A DNA stretch of 64,000 bases from Candidatus Wolfebacteria bacterium (GTDB taxonomy: Bacteria; Patescibacteriota; Minisyncoccia; UBA6257; UBA9933). The notes under the pieces were generated by a model. It did not search any database and was not told the origin of the DNA. It saw only the letters and a program-made list of their open reading frames with translations. Below, piece after piece: positions 36,048-44,471 of the stretch (the first letter of the stretch is position 1; each line of letters opens with the position of its first letter). The position numbers were made by a program, and so were the translations under genes. The stretch covers positions 23,406 to 87,405 of the forward strand of contig JACPIO010000017.1 of assembly GCA_016188075.1 (NCBI GenBank), read 5' to 3'.

Positions 36048-37862
36048 ATGCTCAATCAAGAACTCGCCAAAATTTTTTACGAGATCGCTCTCTACCTCCA
36101 AATGGATGAAGTGGCTTTCAAACCGCAGGCTTACGAGCGGGTCGGGGCGAGCTTAGAAAATTTATCCCAAAGCGTTGACTCTATTTATAAAAAAGAAGGT
36201 CTGATGGGACTCGAGAAAATTCCCGGCGTGGGCCGGGGCATCGCGGAAAAAATCATAGAGTACTTAGAAAACGGTCAAATTGACGAACACGAAAAATTAA
36301 AAAAGAAAATTCCGGTGAATCTGGAGGAGCTTTCAGCCATCGAAGGACTGGGGCCCAAAAGCATAAAAAAACTCTATCACAAACTCGGCGTTAAAAATCG
36401 TGAGGATTTAGAGAGTGCGGCTCGTAAACACAAAATCCGCGACCTCGAAGGTTTTGGCGAAAAAAGCGAAGAGAGAGTTTTAAAAAGCATTGAATTTTTG
36501 AAAAAATCCAAGGGCCGATTTATTTTGGGTTTTATTATGCCTGCGGTGCGCGAAATTGAAAATCAGCTTGGGCGACTTAAGGAGACTAAAAAAATCGTTG
36601 TTGCCGGCTCGGTTCGGCGCCGCAAAGAAACCATCGGCGACGTGGATATATTAATTGTCTCGGATACACCGCGACCTCTGATGGATTTTTTTATAAAAAT
36701 GCCTGAAGTGATTCAGGTTTGGGCTCATGGCGAAACCAAATCCAGCATTAAGCTTCAAAACGGCTTAGATATTGATTTAAGGGTGGTGCCGGAAAAATCC
36801 TACGGCGCGGCTCTAAATTATTTTACCGGCTCCAAAGAACACAATATAGCTTTACGGGAAATCGCTATTAAAAAAGGATATAAATTGAATGAATACGGAC
36901 TCTTTGGATACGGTAGGGGCCGAGCTTCCCGAGGTTCAACCTCCCAAATATTAAAGTCGATTCGCGAGGAGGTTGAACCTCGCAAAAATTGGCGTCAGAT
37001 CGCCGGCACGACCGAAGAGGAAATTTACAAATTACTGGGCCTTGATTATATTGAACCGGAACTGCGGGAAAACACCGGAGAAATCGAAGCGGCTAAAGCT
37101 GATAAACTACCCAAACTGATAAACTACTCTAATCTCCAAGGCGATCTTCAAATTCAAACCAACTGGACTGACGGAAAAAATTCCATCGAAGAAATGGCCC
37201 GGGCGGCAATGGAGGCTGGCCTTAATTACATCGCGATCACGGATCACAGCAAAAGATTAGCAATGACCGGCGGACTGGACGAGAAAAAAATCCAAAAGCA
37301 ATGGCAGGAAATCGACAGAGTTAATAAAAAGCTTCATGCTTCAGGCTTCAAGTTTCATGTTCTTAAAGGCAGTGAGTGCGATATTTTGAAAGACGGATCG
37401 CTTGATTTACCGGATGAAATTTTATCCAAGCTTGATGTCTGTGGAGCCGCGATTCATTCTTACTTTAACTTATCGCGCAAAGACCAGACCGAGCGATTAA
37501 AAAGAGCGATGCGAAATCCGAACGTGGATATTATTTTTCACCCGACCGGTCGAAAAATCCAATCCCGGGAGCCGTATGATTTAGATATTGACGAAATTAT
37601 CAAAACCGCCAAAGAAACCAACACGATTTTGGAAGTCGATTCTTACCCGGACCGACTGGACCTGAAAGACGAGCACATTCGAAAATGCGTGGAGGCCGGA
37701 GTCATGCTCGCGATTGATTCGGACGCGCATTCCGTAAGCCATCTCCCCTATCTTGAATACGGCATCGCGCAGGCGAGACGCGGGTGGTGTGAAAAAAAAG
37801 ATATTATAAATACAAGACCATTACCAGAGATGCTAAAATTGCTAAAAGACAAACAAGAATAA
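36048..37862 (+). CDS. polX: DNA polymerase X family protein with C-terminal PHP domain
   Basis: 604 aa; HhH motifs, Pol-beta nucleotidyltransferase core (GSVRRRKETIGDVDILIV), PHP domain (ITDHSK..., HPTGRKI...). In-frame insertion KLHASGFKFHVLKG at 37336-37370. Confidence 0.85.
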   Translation: MLNQELAKIFYEIALYLQMDEVAFKPQAYERVGASLENLSQSVDSIYKKEGLMGLEKIPGVGRGIAEKIIEYLENGQIDEHEKLKKKIPVNLEELSAIEGLGPKSIKKLYHKLGVKNREDLESAARKHKIRDLEGFGEKSEERVLKSIEFLKKSKGRFILGFIMPAVREIENQLGRLKETKKIVVAGSVRRRKETIGDVDILIVSDTPRPLMDFFIKMPEVIQVWAHGETKSSIKLQNGLDIDLRVVPEKSYGAALNYFTGSKEHNIALREIAIKKGYKLNEYGLFGYGRGRASRGSTSQILKSIREEVEPRKNWRQIAGTTEEEIYKLLGLDYIEPELRENTGEIEAAKADKLPKLINYSNLQGDLQIQTNWTDGKNSIEEMARAAMEAGLNYIAITDHSKRLAMTGGLDEKKIQKQWQEIDRVNKKLHASGFKFHVLKGSECDILKDGSLDLPDEILSKLDVCGAAIHSYFNLSRKDQTERLKRAMRNPNVDIIFHPTGRKIQSREPYDLDIDEIIKTAKETNTILEVDSYPDRLDLKDEHIRKCVEAGVMLAIDSDAHSVSHLPYLEYGIAQARRGWCEKKDIINTRPLPEMLKLLKDKQE

Positions 37863-37870
37863 AATTATCG

Positions 37871-37888
37871 GTGCAGTTAACTGCACCA
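37871..37888 (+). terminator. hairpin ggtgcagttaactgcacc after polX
   Basis: Perfect 7-bp stem directly after the polX stop; a second GC hairpin at 37920-37950 (gccccggctcgctgaatgacgaaaccggggc). Confidence 0.4.
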
Positions 37889-37975
37889 CTTTCGTTTATT
37901 GTCTTATTAAAAAAGAACGCCCCGGCTCGCTGAATGACGAAACCGGGGCTCACTGCAGGCGCGGTGCAATATCCG

Positions 37976-38317
37976 TCACGCCATTCGACGGACGCACATG
38001 ATGTTTAACTCATCCGACCAGTATCCCAAGATGAATGAGGCGTCACCGCGAGTGATGGTAACCTCCGTCGTCTCGCCTGCACGAATCTTCCCTTTCGCCT
38101 CGGCGATCTCGCTCCGAATTGCCACCTCGTCGCGTGCTTCGACGCCACCTGCTTCGAGTGACGCCGACAAGAGCAAGTGGACCAATTTCTCCAGCCGCTC
38201 TCTGACGAGTGGTGCAGGGAATTCGTCAATCCCACTCAACTTCCGCATCAAGCTACCACCGCATTCACTCACGACCGGCCTCCTTTCGGATTCTTGGCTA
38301 CAATCAATAGCCATAGG
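37976..38317 (-). CDS. hypothetical protein in a GC-rich islet
   Basis: About 113 aa from the internal Met (MAIDCSQESERRP...); the ORF-track N-terminal extension to 38485 is AT-rich and probably spurious. Local GC is clearly above the window average. Confidence 0.35.
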   Translation of the reverse strand, partial: PMAIDCSQESERRPVVSECGGSLMRKLSGIDEFPAPLVRERLEKLVHLLLSASLEAGGVEARDEVAIRSEIAEAKGKIRAGETTEVTITRGDASFILGYWSDELNIMCVRRMA

Positions 38318-38524
38318 AAAGAACTGCTTCTGGCACCATTGCCATTGCGGAAATCCTAACACGAACTTTCTATTTTTGTAAAGAAAAGTGGGAGAGATGA
38401 TAAAGGCGTAGATAATAAAAAATGAAAGAAAAAGAACAAGGAGAAAGAATAAGGAGGGGGTATGTCTGTATAGCGCACTATACACCTAAATTTGAGGTAA
38501 GATAATGACCGATATCAGAAATCT

Positions 38525-38663
38525 TTAATCCAAGCGCCAGCAATTCCTCGCCGCTTGTATCGAGAATGAATGGCGCAACTAGAAATCTCGGCGGAGCCGA
38601 CCCTTATTGGATCGAACCCGCCCTGATGCCGCGTTCCGACTTGTCGGAACGCGGACGGGTTCA
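38525..38663 (+). repeat. ~135-nt structured repeat element, copy 4 (long-loop variant)
   Basis: First hairpin is the copy-3 type (ttgtatcgag), terminal hairpin is the copy-1 type (ttccgacttgtcggaac); mosaic of the variants. Confidence 0.8.
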
Positions 38664-38990
38664 CTCTCTGAAATCTCTAAAAAATATCTAAAGCAGAAAT
38701 ATCACCCCGCCCCGCATCTCGCTGTATAGGACACTATACAGATAAAATCACCGCGAAAACTCGTCTCGTAAACCCCGTTAGAACGGGCGCTTCGCGGCCG
38801 GCTGATGGGAGCATTATACTCCCCATCAGCTATTTTATCTCTACCGCCGACAGAGTCGGCGGCGTTCTAACGGGGTAAATCTCTAAAATAAAAAATCTGT
38901 CGGTTCGCTATTCACTCTATTCCGCTGTATAGCACACTATACAGCTCAAATTGAGACGGGAAGTCATAAGCAAATCGCTTCATAAACGAA

Positions 38991-39386
38991 TTACCAATGG
39001 GGTCTGCGTCGTTCTTTTCTGATAAATCTGTATTTTCTAAATTTCAGCTTTAAGGGGTCGCGCCAGCCGGATCGGGCATTATTTTTAGTTTCAGAATATT
39101 TCCGTTTTTTCCAAACCGGTCTTTTGAAGTTGTTTTTAACAAAATTTACAGTTGCCCTTGTTACGTCCGCCCTCCTCGCAATCTCCGAATAGGAGATTTT
39201 TTCCTTCAATAGACTTTTGACCGCCAGTCGTTTTTCCATCAAGACAATTTCCTCATCGGTCAAGCCGCGCCTCAAGGCATTTTTGAGTTCGTTTTCATTC
39301 CTCGACGCCCGAAGGTTTACAAAAAATCCCTCCCAGATTTCTTTTTTAAATTTTTCATCAAAATACTTCCTACTCGTCCTGCTCAT
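38991..39386 (-). CDS. TrpR-like (YerC/YecD family) helix-turn-helix protein, paralog 2
   Basis: 131 aa; ...ISYSEIARRADVTRATVNFVKNNFKR is a Trp-repressor-like HTH; basic C-terminal tail as in 16655..17050. Confidence 0.6.
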   Translation of the reverse strand: MSRTSRKYFDEKFKKEIWEGFFVNLRASRNENELKNALRRGLTDEEIVLMEKRLAVKSLLKEKISYSEIARRADVTRATVNFVKNNFKRPVWKKRKYSETKNNARSGWRDPLKLKFRKYRFIRKERRRPHW

Positions 39387-39519
39387 CTGTATAGTATACT
39401 ATACGGTTAAAAGGAAAACAATGCCCGCAGGTCTTCCGTGGTCATACATTTTTGGCAAATTCCAAATCGCGTGATAAAATAGAAGAGGAATCCCGAGAAT
39501 TATGTTAAAATGAAAACTT

Positions 39520-40065
39520 ATGGAACAAACAAAAGGAGCAATCCGGCCGCAGCGCCGAATAAAAAAGCAGGTTGTGGCGGGTTTTGTAATTTATCGACGC
39601 ACCTCCGAGGGAATAAAATTTCTTTTATTGTATCGCCGGGGCAATTACTGGAATTTCCCCAAGGGACATTTTGACCGCGGAGAAAATAGCATAGCCACTG
39701 CGCTTCGCGAAACAGAAGAAGAAACCGGGATAAAGAAATCCGAGCTCCGAATCATTTCTGGTTTTCGAACCTACGAGCAATTTTATTTTCACCGAGGAGA
39801 CCAAAAAATTCATGATACCGTAATTCTCTATTTGGCCGAAACTCACAAAGCAGACATAAAAATCGCGGCCAGAGAACACAGCGGCTTTGCCTGGTTTCTC
39901 TACAAAGATGCTATTCGTGTTTTGGGCGATAAATATTCCGCCACGCAAGAAGTACTAAAACAAGCTCACGATTTTATTTACCGACGGCATAGCCGCCATC
40001 GCCTAAATAAGCAAAATCTAAGAATCACGACCAAAAAACACTTTCAAGAAAAAATTAGATTCTAA
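39520..40065 (+). CDS. NUDIX hydrolase
   Basis: 181 aa; Nudix box GHFDRGENSIATALRETEEETGI. Confidence 0.8.
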   Translation: MEQTKGAIRPQRRIKKQVVAGFVIYRRTSEGIKFLLLYRRGNYWNFPKGHFDRGENSIATALRETEEETGIKKSELRIISGFRTYEQFYFHRGDQKIHDTVILYLAETHKADIKIAAREHSGFAWFLYKDAIRVLGDKYSATQEVLKQAHDFIYRRHSRHRLNKQNLRITTKKHFQEKIRF

Positions 40066-40066
40066 G

Positions 40067-40460
40067 ATGGAAAAACAGGTTGAAATCGGCACATCTCCCA
40101 GCGCAGTAGCGGCTCTCGTAATATCTCCCAAGGGGATTCCTTTAATCCGCGATCCAAAAAAACCGGCGCCTCATTACTGGAAACTGCCGGGCGGGAGAAG
40201 CGGGGGAAGTAGAAGAAGAAATCGGTCTTATCTTAAAAAAAGACGAGCTCAAAATTGTCTACCGAGAAGAAAGAGAGAGCCACGCCTTTTATCTTTTCCG
40301 GGACGAGGTTTTTTCTCTGGAGGGTTTAAAATCCAAAGGCGACGAGGGCGAAGAGGTCAAATTGTTTTTACCGGAAGAATTAAAAAATCTCCCGGATCTT
40401 TTCCCGCCTCACCGAGAGATTTTAGAAGAAATCAAATTTATCCCCCACACCTATACATAG
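40067..40460 (+). pseudogene. second NUDIX paralog, frameshifted with truncated Nudix box
   Basis: Frame 2 gives ...VAALVISPKGIPLIRDPKKPAPHYWKLPGG. After about 40200 the Nudix-like sequence continues in another frame (GEAGEVEEEIGLILKKDELKIVYREE...FIPHTYT*). The box lacks the x7-RE segment. Confidence 0.5.
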
Positions 40461-40479
40461 GTGCGCGGATTTATTTAGT

Positions 40480-40824
40480 TCATTTCGCCATTTCCACGAT
40501 TTTTTCAAAAACTGCTGGCTCGTTTTTTGCCAAATCTGCCAAGATTTTGCGGTCAAGTAGAATATCGCGCTTTTTTAAGCCGGCGATGAAACGGCTGTAG
40601 CTTAGGCCGTGCAGCCGGACTCCGGGGTTAATTTGCGTTTGCCAAAGCGTCCGGAAATCCCTTTTCTTTTTTTTTCGGCCGTGGAAGGCGCGAGGCAACG
40701 CGTGAAGCAAGGCTTCCTTGGCCGCGCGTTCTTTGGATTTCCGGCCCCACCGAAAACCCTTAGTGTATTTGAGCAGACGTTCCCGCTTTTTATGGGCTAT
40801 TGTACCTCGTTTAACGCGTGTCAT
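40480..40824 (-). CDS. rplT: 50S ribosomal protein L20
   Basis: 114 aa; MTRVKRGTIAHKKRERLLKYTKGFRWGRK... Confidence 0.95.
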   Translation of the reverse strand: MTRVKRGTIAHKKRERLLKYTKGFRWGRKSKERAAKEALLHALPRAFHGRKKKKRDFRTLWQTQINPGVRLHGLSYSRFIAGLKKRDILLDRKILADLAKNEPAVFEKIVEMAK

Positions 40825-40932
40825 TTTAGCTTTTTAGCATATCGATACCAATATACAAATGTACGAATTATACTAATCACAAGCCATCGATTCATTCGTA
40901 TCATTAGTAAATTCGTATATTCGCATCGATAC

Positions 40933-41106
40933 TTACAAATACCTCTTTACTATCTTTTTTCCGATTACTTCCAATGTTCTTAATCCTTTTTTTCTTTTAA
41001 CCTGCTGCGTTCTTTTCTTAGCTAAAAAATGGCCTTGAGCCATGGCCCGCCTCAAAATTTTTCCGGTTCTGGTCACCTTGAAACGATCCGAGATAAATTT
41101 ACGCAT
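40933..41106 (-). CDS. rpmI: 50S ribosomal protein L35
   Basis: 57 aa, MRKFISDRFKVTRTGKILRRAMAQGHFLAKKRTQQVKRKK...; absent from the ORF track (below its size cut-off); completes the conserved infC-rpmI-rplT order. Confidence 0.8.
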   Translation of the reverse strand: MRKFISDRFKVTRTGKILRRAMAQGHFLAKKRTQQVKRKKGLRTLEVIGKKIVKRYL

Positions 41107-41110
41107 AAAA

Positions 41111-41597
41111 CTACTTTTTCATGATTTGCAGCATCAATCCTCTGCCTCCGAACTTCGGCTCAAAAGTTATTTGGTAGGGAACGCTAATCATTTTCATAAA
41201 TTCTTCTAACTTTTGCATAGCCCAATCCCTGTTGAATTTCTCTCTGCCCCGAAGCCGGAGCGTAATTCCCACCTTGTGCCCTTCGTCTAAAAACGACTCC
41301 GTCTTTCTCGCCTTAACCCGCAAGTCATTTTGCGCCTCTCGGACGCCTATCTGAACCTGTTTTAGTTCGCTCGCTCTCTGGCTGGCTTTTTGTTTTTGAA
41401 GTTCTTTCTCTTTCTGATAACGGAATTTATCGAAGCTGATGATCTTCGCGACCGGCGGTTTGGCGGCGGGAGCGATTTCGATTAAATCCAATCCCCGCTC
41501 TTTGGCGAGCCGGAGGGCGTCGTCTCTCTGCATTATGTCCAAATTTTTCCCGGCCTCGTCAAGCACGCGGAGTTCAGACGCGGTTATTTGATTGTTG
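41111..41597 (-). CDS. infC: translation initiation factor IF-3 (probable non-AUG, ATT start)
   Basis: IF-3 N- and C-domains. Homology extends upstream of the track's GTG start (INYRINNQITASELRVLDEAGK...) to an in-frame ATT at 41597 preceded by GGGAAAAGAG. Confidence 0.8.
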
Positions 41598-41641
41598 ATG
41601 CGGTAATTAATACTCTTTTCCCTAACTACTAATTACTAATT

Positions 41642-41990
41642 TGGTGGAGATGAGGGTATTGAAACCCTGTCCAAAAATTAACTTTAAAAATTTCTACAGG
41701 TTTAGTCCCGATGAATGAAGGATTAAGGAATGAAATCGGGACGAAAAATCCTTAATTCTTTGCCGATTTTTGTCCCCGCCAAAATTGGCAATTTAGGCGG
41801 GCTAGTCTAATTTATTACACCCGAACCTCTTGATTCAGACACCCAAGAGCGGATGCCGCTTAGGCAAAAGCGAAAGCGGGAGCTAATCTGTTATTGGCAG
41901 ATATAGTTTTGATTCGATGATTTTCAAGGTGACGAATCATCCTTGACCTGCGATTTTTAAAGATCATTTCTGTCGAGGCCTTGCATCCCC
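41642..41990 (-). ncRNA. ssrA: tmRNA (SsrA)
   Basis: 5' GGGGATGCAAGGCCTCGACAG... and 3' ...GGACAGGGTTTCAATACCCTCATCTCCACCA. G3-U70 wobble in the acceptor (Ala identity), T-arm-like hairpin. Candidate tag ORF GCC AAT AAC AGA TTA GCT CCC GCT TTC GCT TTT GCC TAA (ANNRLAPAFAFA*). Adjacent to smpB. Confidence 0.75.
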
Positions 41991-42074
41991 GCGAATTTTT
42001 CCTACGAACGAAGCGAGTAGCTGAAAAATTCAGCGCCTCGCCGAAGCAATACGTAGGCGGGCTACCGAATCTAA

Positions 42075-42512
42075 CTACAACCTTCTCCCGATTTCCCTTT
42101 CGACATCCCTTTTCTTGATCAATTCTCTCTTATCGCCCTTCTTTCGCGACTTACCCAATCCAATTTCTATCTTGATTCGGTGCGCTTTAGTATAAACTTT
42201 CAAGGGTACCAAAGTCAAGCCTTTTTCCTTTGTGCGGCCGATTAAACTTTTAATCTCGGATTTTCTAAGAAGCAGGCGCCGGGTTCTTTTGGAATCGTAA
42301 TCTGCCGGAGTATTCAAGGGTTGATAAGGCGGAATATCGGCGTTTAAAAGCCAGATTTGATTATCTTTTATGATCGCATAGGCGCCGGCCAAGTTAATCC
42401 GACCGGATTTTACGGCTTTCACTTCAAACCCGCGAAGCTCAATACCGGCTTCGTAGGCTTCGAGGATCTCGTAATCAAACCGGGCTCGTCTATTTTCGGA
42501 AAGCGTGGACAT
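42075..42512 (-). CDS. smpB: SsrA-binding protein SmpB
   Basis: 145 aa; ...RRARFDYEILEAYEAGIELRGFEVKAVKSGRINLAGAYA... Confidence 0.9.
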   Translation of the reverse strand: MSTLSENRRARFDYEILEAYEAGIELRGFEVKAVKSGRINLAGAYAIIKDNQIWLLNADIPPYQPLNTPADYDSKRTRRLLLRKSEIKSLIGRTKEKGLTLVPLKVYTKAHRIKIEIGLGKSRKKGDKRELIKKRDVEREIGRRL

Positions 42513-42608
42513 AGATTAAGTATCGAGAATTTTATGGATAGTAGCAAGCAGAAAATCGAATATAATCAAATTTTGCAATTTAGCAGCTCGTCGCTTAATA
42601 TAAATACA

Positions 42609-44327
42609 ATGCTCCAAACCAAAATCGCTGAACAATTAAAAAGAATTATAAAAGCAAAATCTGTGGAGATAGAAGTTTTCGCGCCGGAGAATCCGAAACA
42701 CGGGCATTATTCGACGAACGCGGCTTTGAAATTGGCGAAGGTTCTCAAAAAAAATCCGTTCGAGATCGGAGAAAAAATTAAGAAATTACTGGAAACTAAG
42801 AAATTTTTTGAACGGATCGAGGTGGTGCCGCCGGGATTTATCAACTTTTGGATTTCGGAGGAAATTTTAGAAACGGAGCTAAAAACAATAATAAAATCCG
42901 AGGATGACTACGGCCAATCAGAAAATCTCAAAGGCAAAAAGGTGATGCTTGAATTTACCGACCCGAATCCCTTTAAAGAATTTCATATTGGCCATTTATA
43001 CACGAATATCGTGGGCGAATCTTTGGCCAGAATTCTCGAAGCGAACGGGGCAAGGGTAAAAAGAGCCAATTATCAAGGGGACGTGGGCATGCACGCGGCC
43101 AAAGCCATTTGGGGAATAAAAAAGAAAATGGCAAGCGAGAAAATGAACTTAACTGAACTCGCCAAGCGAACGCTGGATTATCGAATTAAATTTATGGGCG
43201 TGGGATACGCGCTGGGAGACAAGGGGTTTACGGAAAACGAAGCGATCAAGCTAGAAATAGTAGACCTTAATAAAAAAATTTTCGCGCTTGATAAAGATAT
43301 TAAAGAAATTTATCAAAAGGGCCGGAAGTGGAGTCTGGACTATTTTGAAAAAATCTACAAGCGGCTGGGGACAAAATTTGATTTTTATTATTTCGAGCGG
43401 GAAGCAGGCGAGGTGGGATTCAAAATCGTAAAAGATGGCCTTAAAAGGGGGTTATTCGAAGAGAGCGATGGAGCAATTATTTTTCCGGGTGAAAAATACG
43501 GTTTGCACCGCCGGGTTTTCATAAATAGCCAAGGATTGCCGACGTATGAAGCGAAGGAATTGGGACTCGCGCCCACCAAATACAAAGATTTTAAATATGA
43601 TCTTTCTTTAATTATCACCGCCAATGAAATCATCGATTATTTTAAGGTTTTGATTATGGCTTTAAAGCAAATTTATCCGAAACTGGGGGCACGGACGCGG
43701 CATATCCCGCATGGGATGGTGCGGTTCGCTTCTGGAAAAATGTCCAGCCGAACCGGCAATGTTGTTAAAGGCGAGGATTTATTAGAAGAAGTTAAAAAGG
43801 GGGTTTTGAAAATTATCGAAAAGGGAGAACGAAAAATTTCCGCCAAAGAAAGAGGTGACGTCGCTGAAGCGGTGGCTTTGGCTGCGATAAAATACGCGTT
43901 TCTTAAAACCTCTATTGGCAGTGATATGGTTTTTGATTTTAAGAGAGCGTTGAGTTTGGAAGGCGATTCCGGGCCGTATATTCAATACACCTATGCCCGA
44001 CTAAAAAGCGTTTTACGGAAGGCGAGCGGCTGGCCGAAAAAAATTGACTTTATGCTTTTAGACACCGAACCAGAGAAGGCGGTCGTGCGGGAATTGATTT
44101 ATTTTCCGGACGCGGTCAGCCGAGCGGCCGAGAGATTGGAAACAAATATCATCACCGAATATCTTTATAAATTGGCTGGCGCCTTAAATGTTTTTTACGA
44201 AACCACGCCGATTTTGAAAGCCGACCGACCCTTGCGCGAAAACCGATTGAATTTAATCCGAGCCGCCACAATTGTCTTAAAAAACAGCCTGCGGCTTTTG
44301 GGTATCAAAGCGCCGGAGAGGATGTAG
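42609..44327 (+). CDS. argS: arginine--tRNA ligase
   Basis: Class I HIGH (EFHIGHLYTN) and ArgRS anticodon-binding C-terminus. Start placed at the Met of MLQTKIAEQLKR; the track ORF begins at 42357 and overlaps smpB. Confidence 0.85.
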   Translation: MLQTKIAEQLKRIIKAKSVEIEVFAPENPKHGHYSTNAALKLAKVLKKNPFEIGEKIKKLLETKKFFERIEVVPPGFINFWISEEILETELKTIIKSEDDYGQSENLKGKKVMLEFTDPNPFKEFHIGHLYTNIVGESLARILEANGARVKRANYQGDVGMHAAKAIWGIKKKMASEKMNLTELAKRTLDYRIKFMGVGYALGDKGFTENEAIKLEIVDLNKKIFALDKDIKEIYQKGRKWSLDYFEKIYKRLGTKFDFYYFEREAGEVGFKIVKDGLKRGLFEESDGAIIFPGEKYGLHRRVFINSQGLPTYEAKELGLAPTKYKDFKYDLSLIITANEIIDYFKVLIMALKQIYPKLGARTRHIPHGMVRFASGKMSSRTGNVVKGEDLLEEVKKGVLKIIEKGERKISAKERGDVAEAVALAAIKYAFLKTSIGSDMVFDFKRALSLEGDSGPYIQYTYARLKSVLRKASGWPKKIDFMLLDTEPEKAVVRELIYFPDAVSRAAERLETNIITEYLYKLAGALNVFYETTPILKADRPLRENRLNLIRAATIVLKNSLRLLGIKAPERM

Positions 44328-44471
44328 TTTATTTTCTAATTCGCGCGAATAGAGAATAAAAAATGCCGGCTTTTGACATAAGATAGTTTCTCAAGTAAGG
44401 TTTTTATATCCGCAAAAGGCGGATTGAATAGCAACTTGGCAACCACATAGAGGAAGAAGGGAGGAAAAGCC

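Larger units (their letters stand above)
38466..39406. repeat. four 20-bp palindromes CTGTATAG-N4-CTATACAG around the second TrpR-like gene
   Basis: At 38466, 38722, 38925 and 39387; the last abuts the start codon of 38991..39386. The region also contains a ~210-bp tandem duplication (units beginning aaatctctaaaa at 38665 and 38877) and a 13-bp IR ccccgttagaacg/cgttctaacgggg (38773/38864) enclosing two hairpins. Confidence 0.8.

Noticed and set aside
37998-38381. + strand ORF 37998..38381 as the real gene of the GC-rich islet
   Set aside because: Ser/Pro/Ala-rich, low-complexity translation. The minus-strand frame gives a more protein-like sequence, though neither has a recognisable domain; kept only as low-confidence hypothetical.
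40067-40600. Full-length 177-aa ORF 40067..40600 as a genuine protein
   Set aside because: After residue ~45 it becomes an Arg/Lys/Gly-rich out-of-frame read-through that overlaps rplT on the opposite strand. The Nudix homology continues in another frame, so it is treated as a frameshifted pseudogene.
42357-42608. N-terminal 84-aa extension of argS from the track ORF
   Set aside because: It overlaps the smpB coding region on the opposite strand and lacks homology; ArgRS N-terminal homology begins at the Met at 42609.
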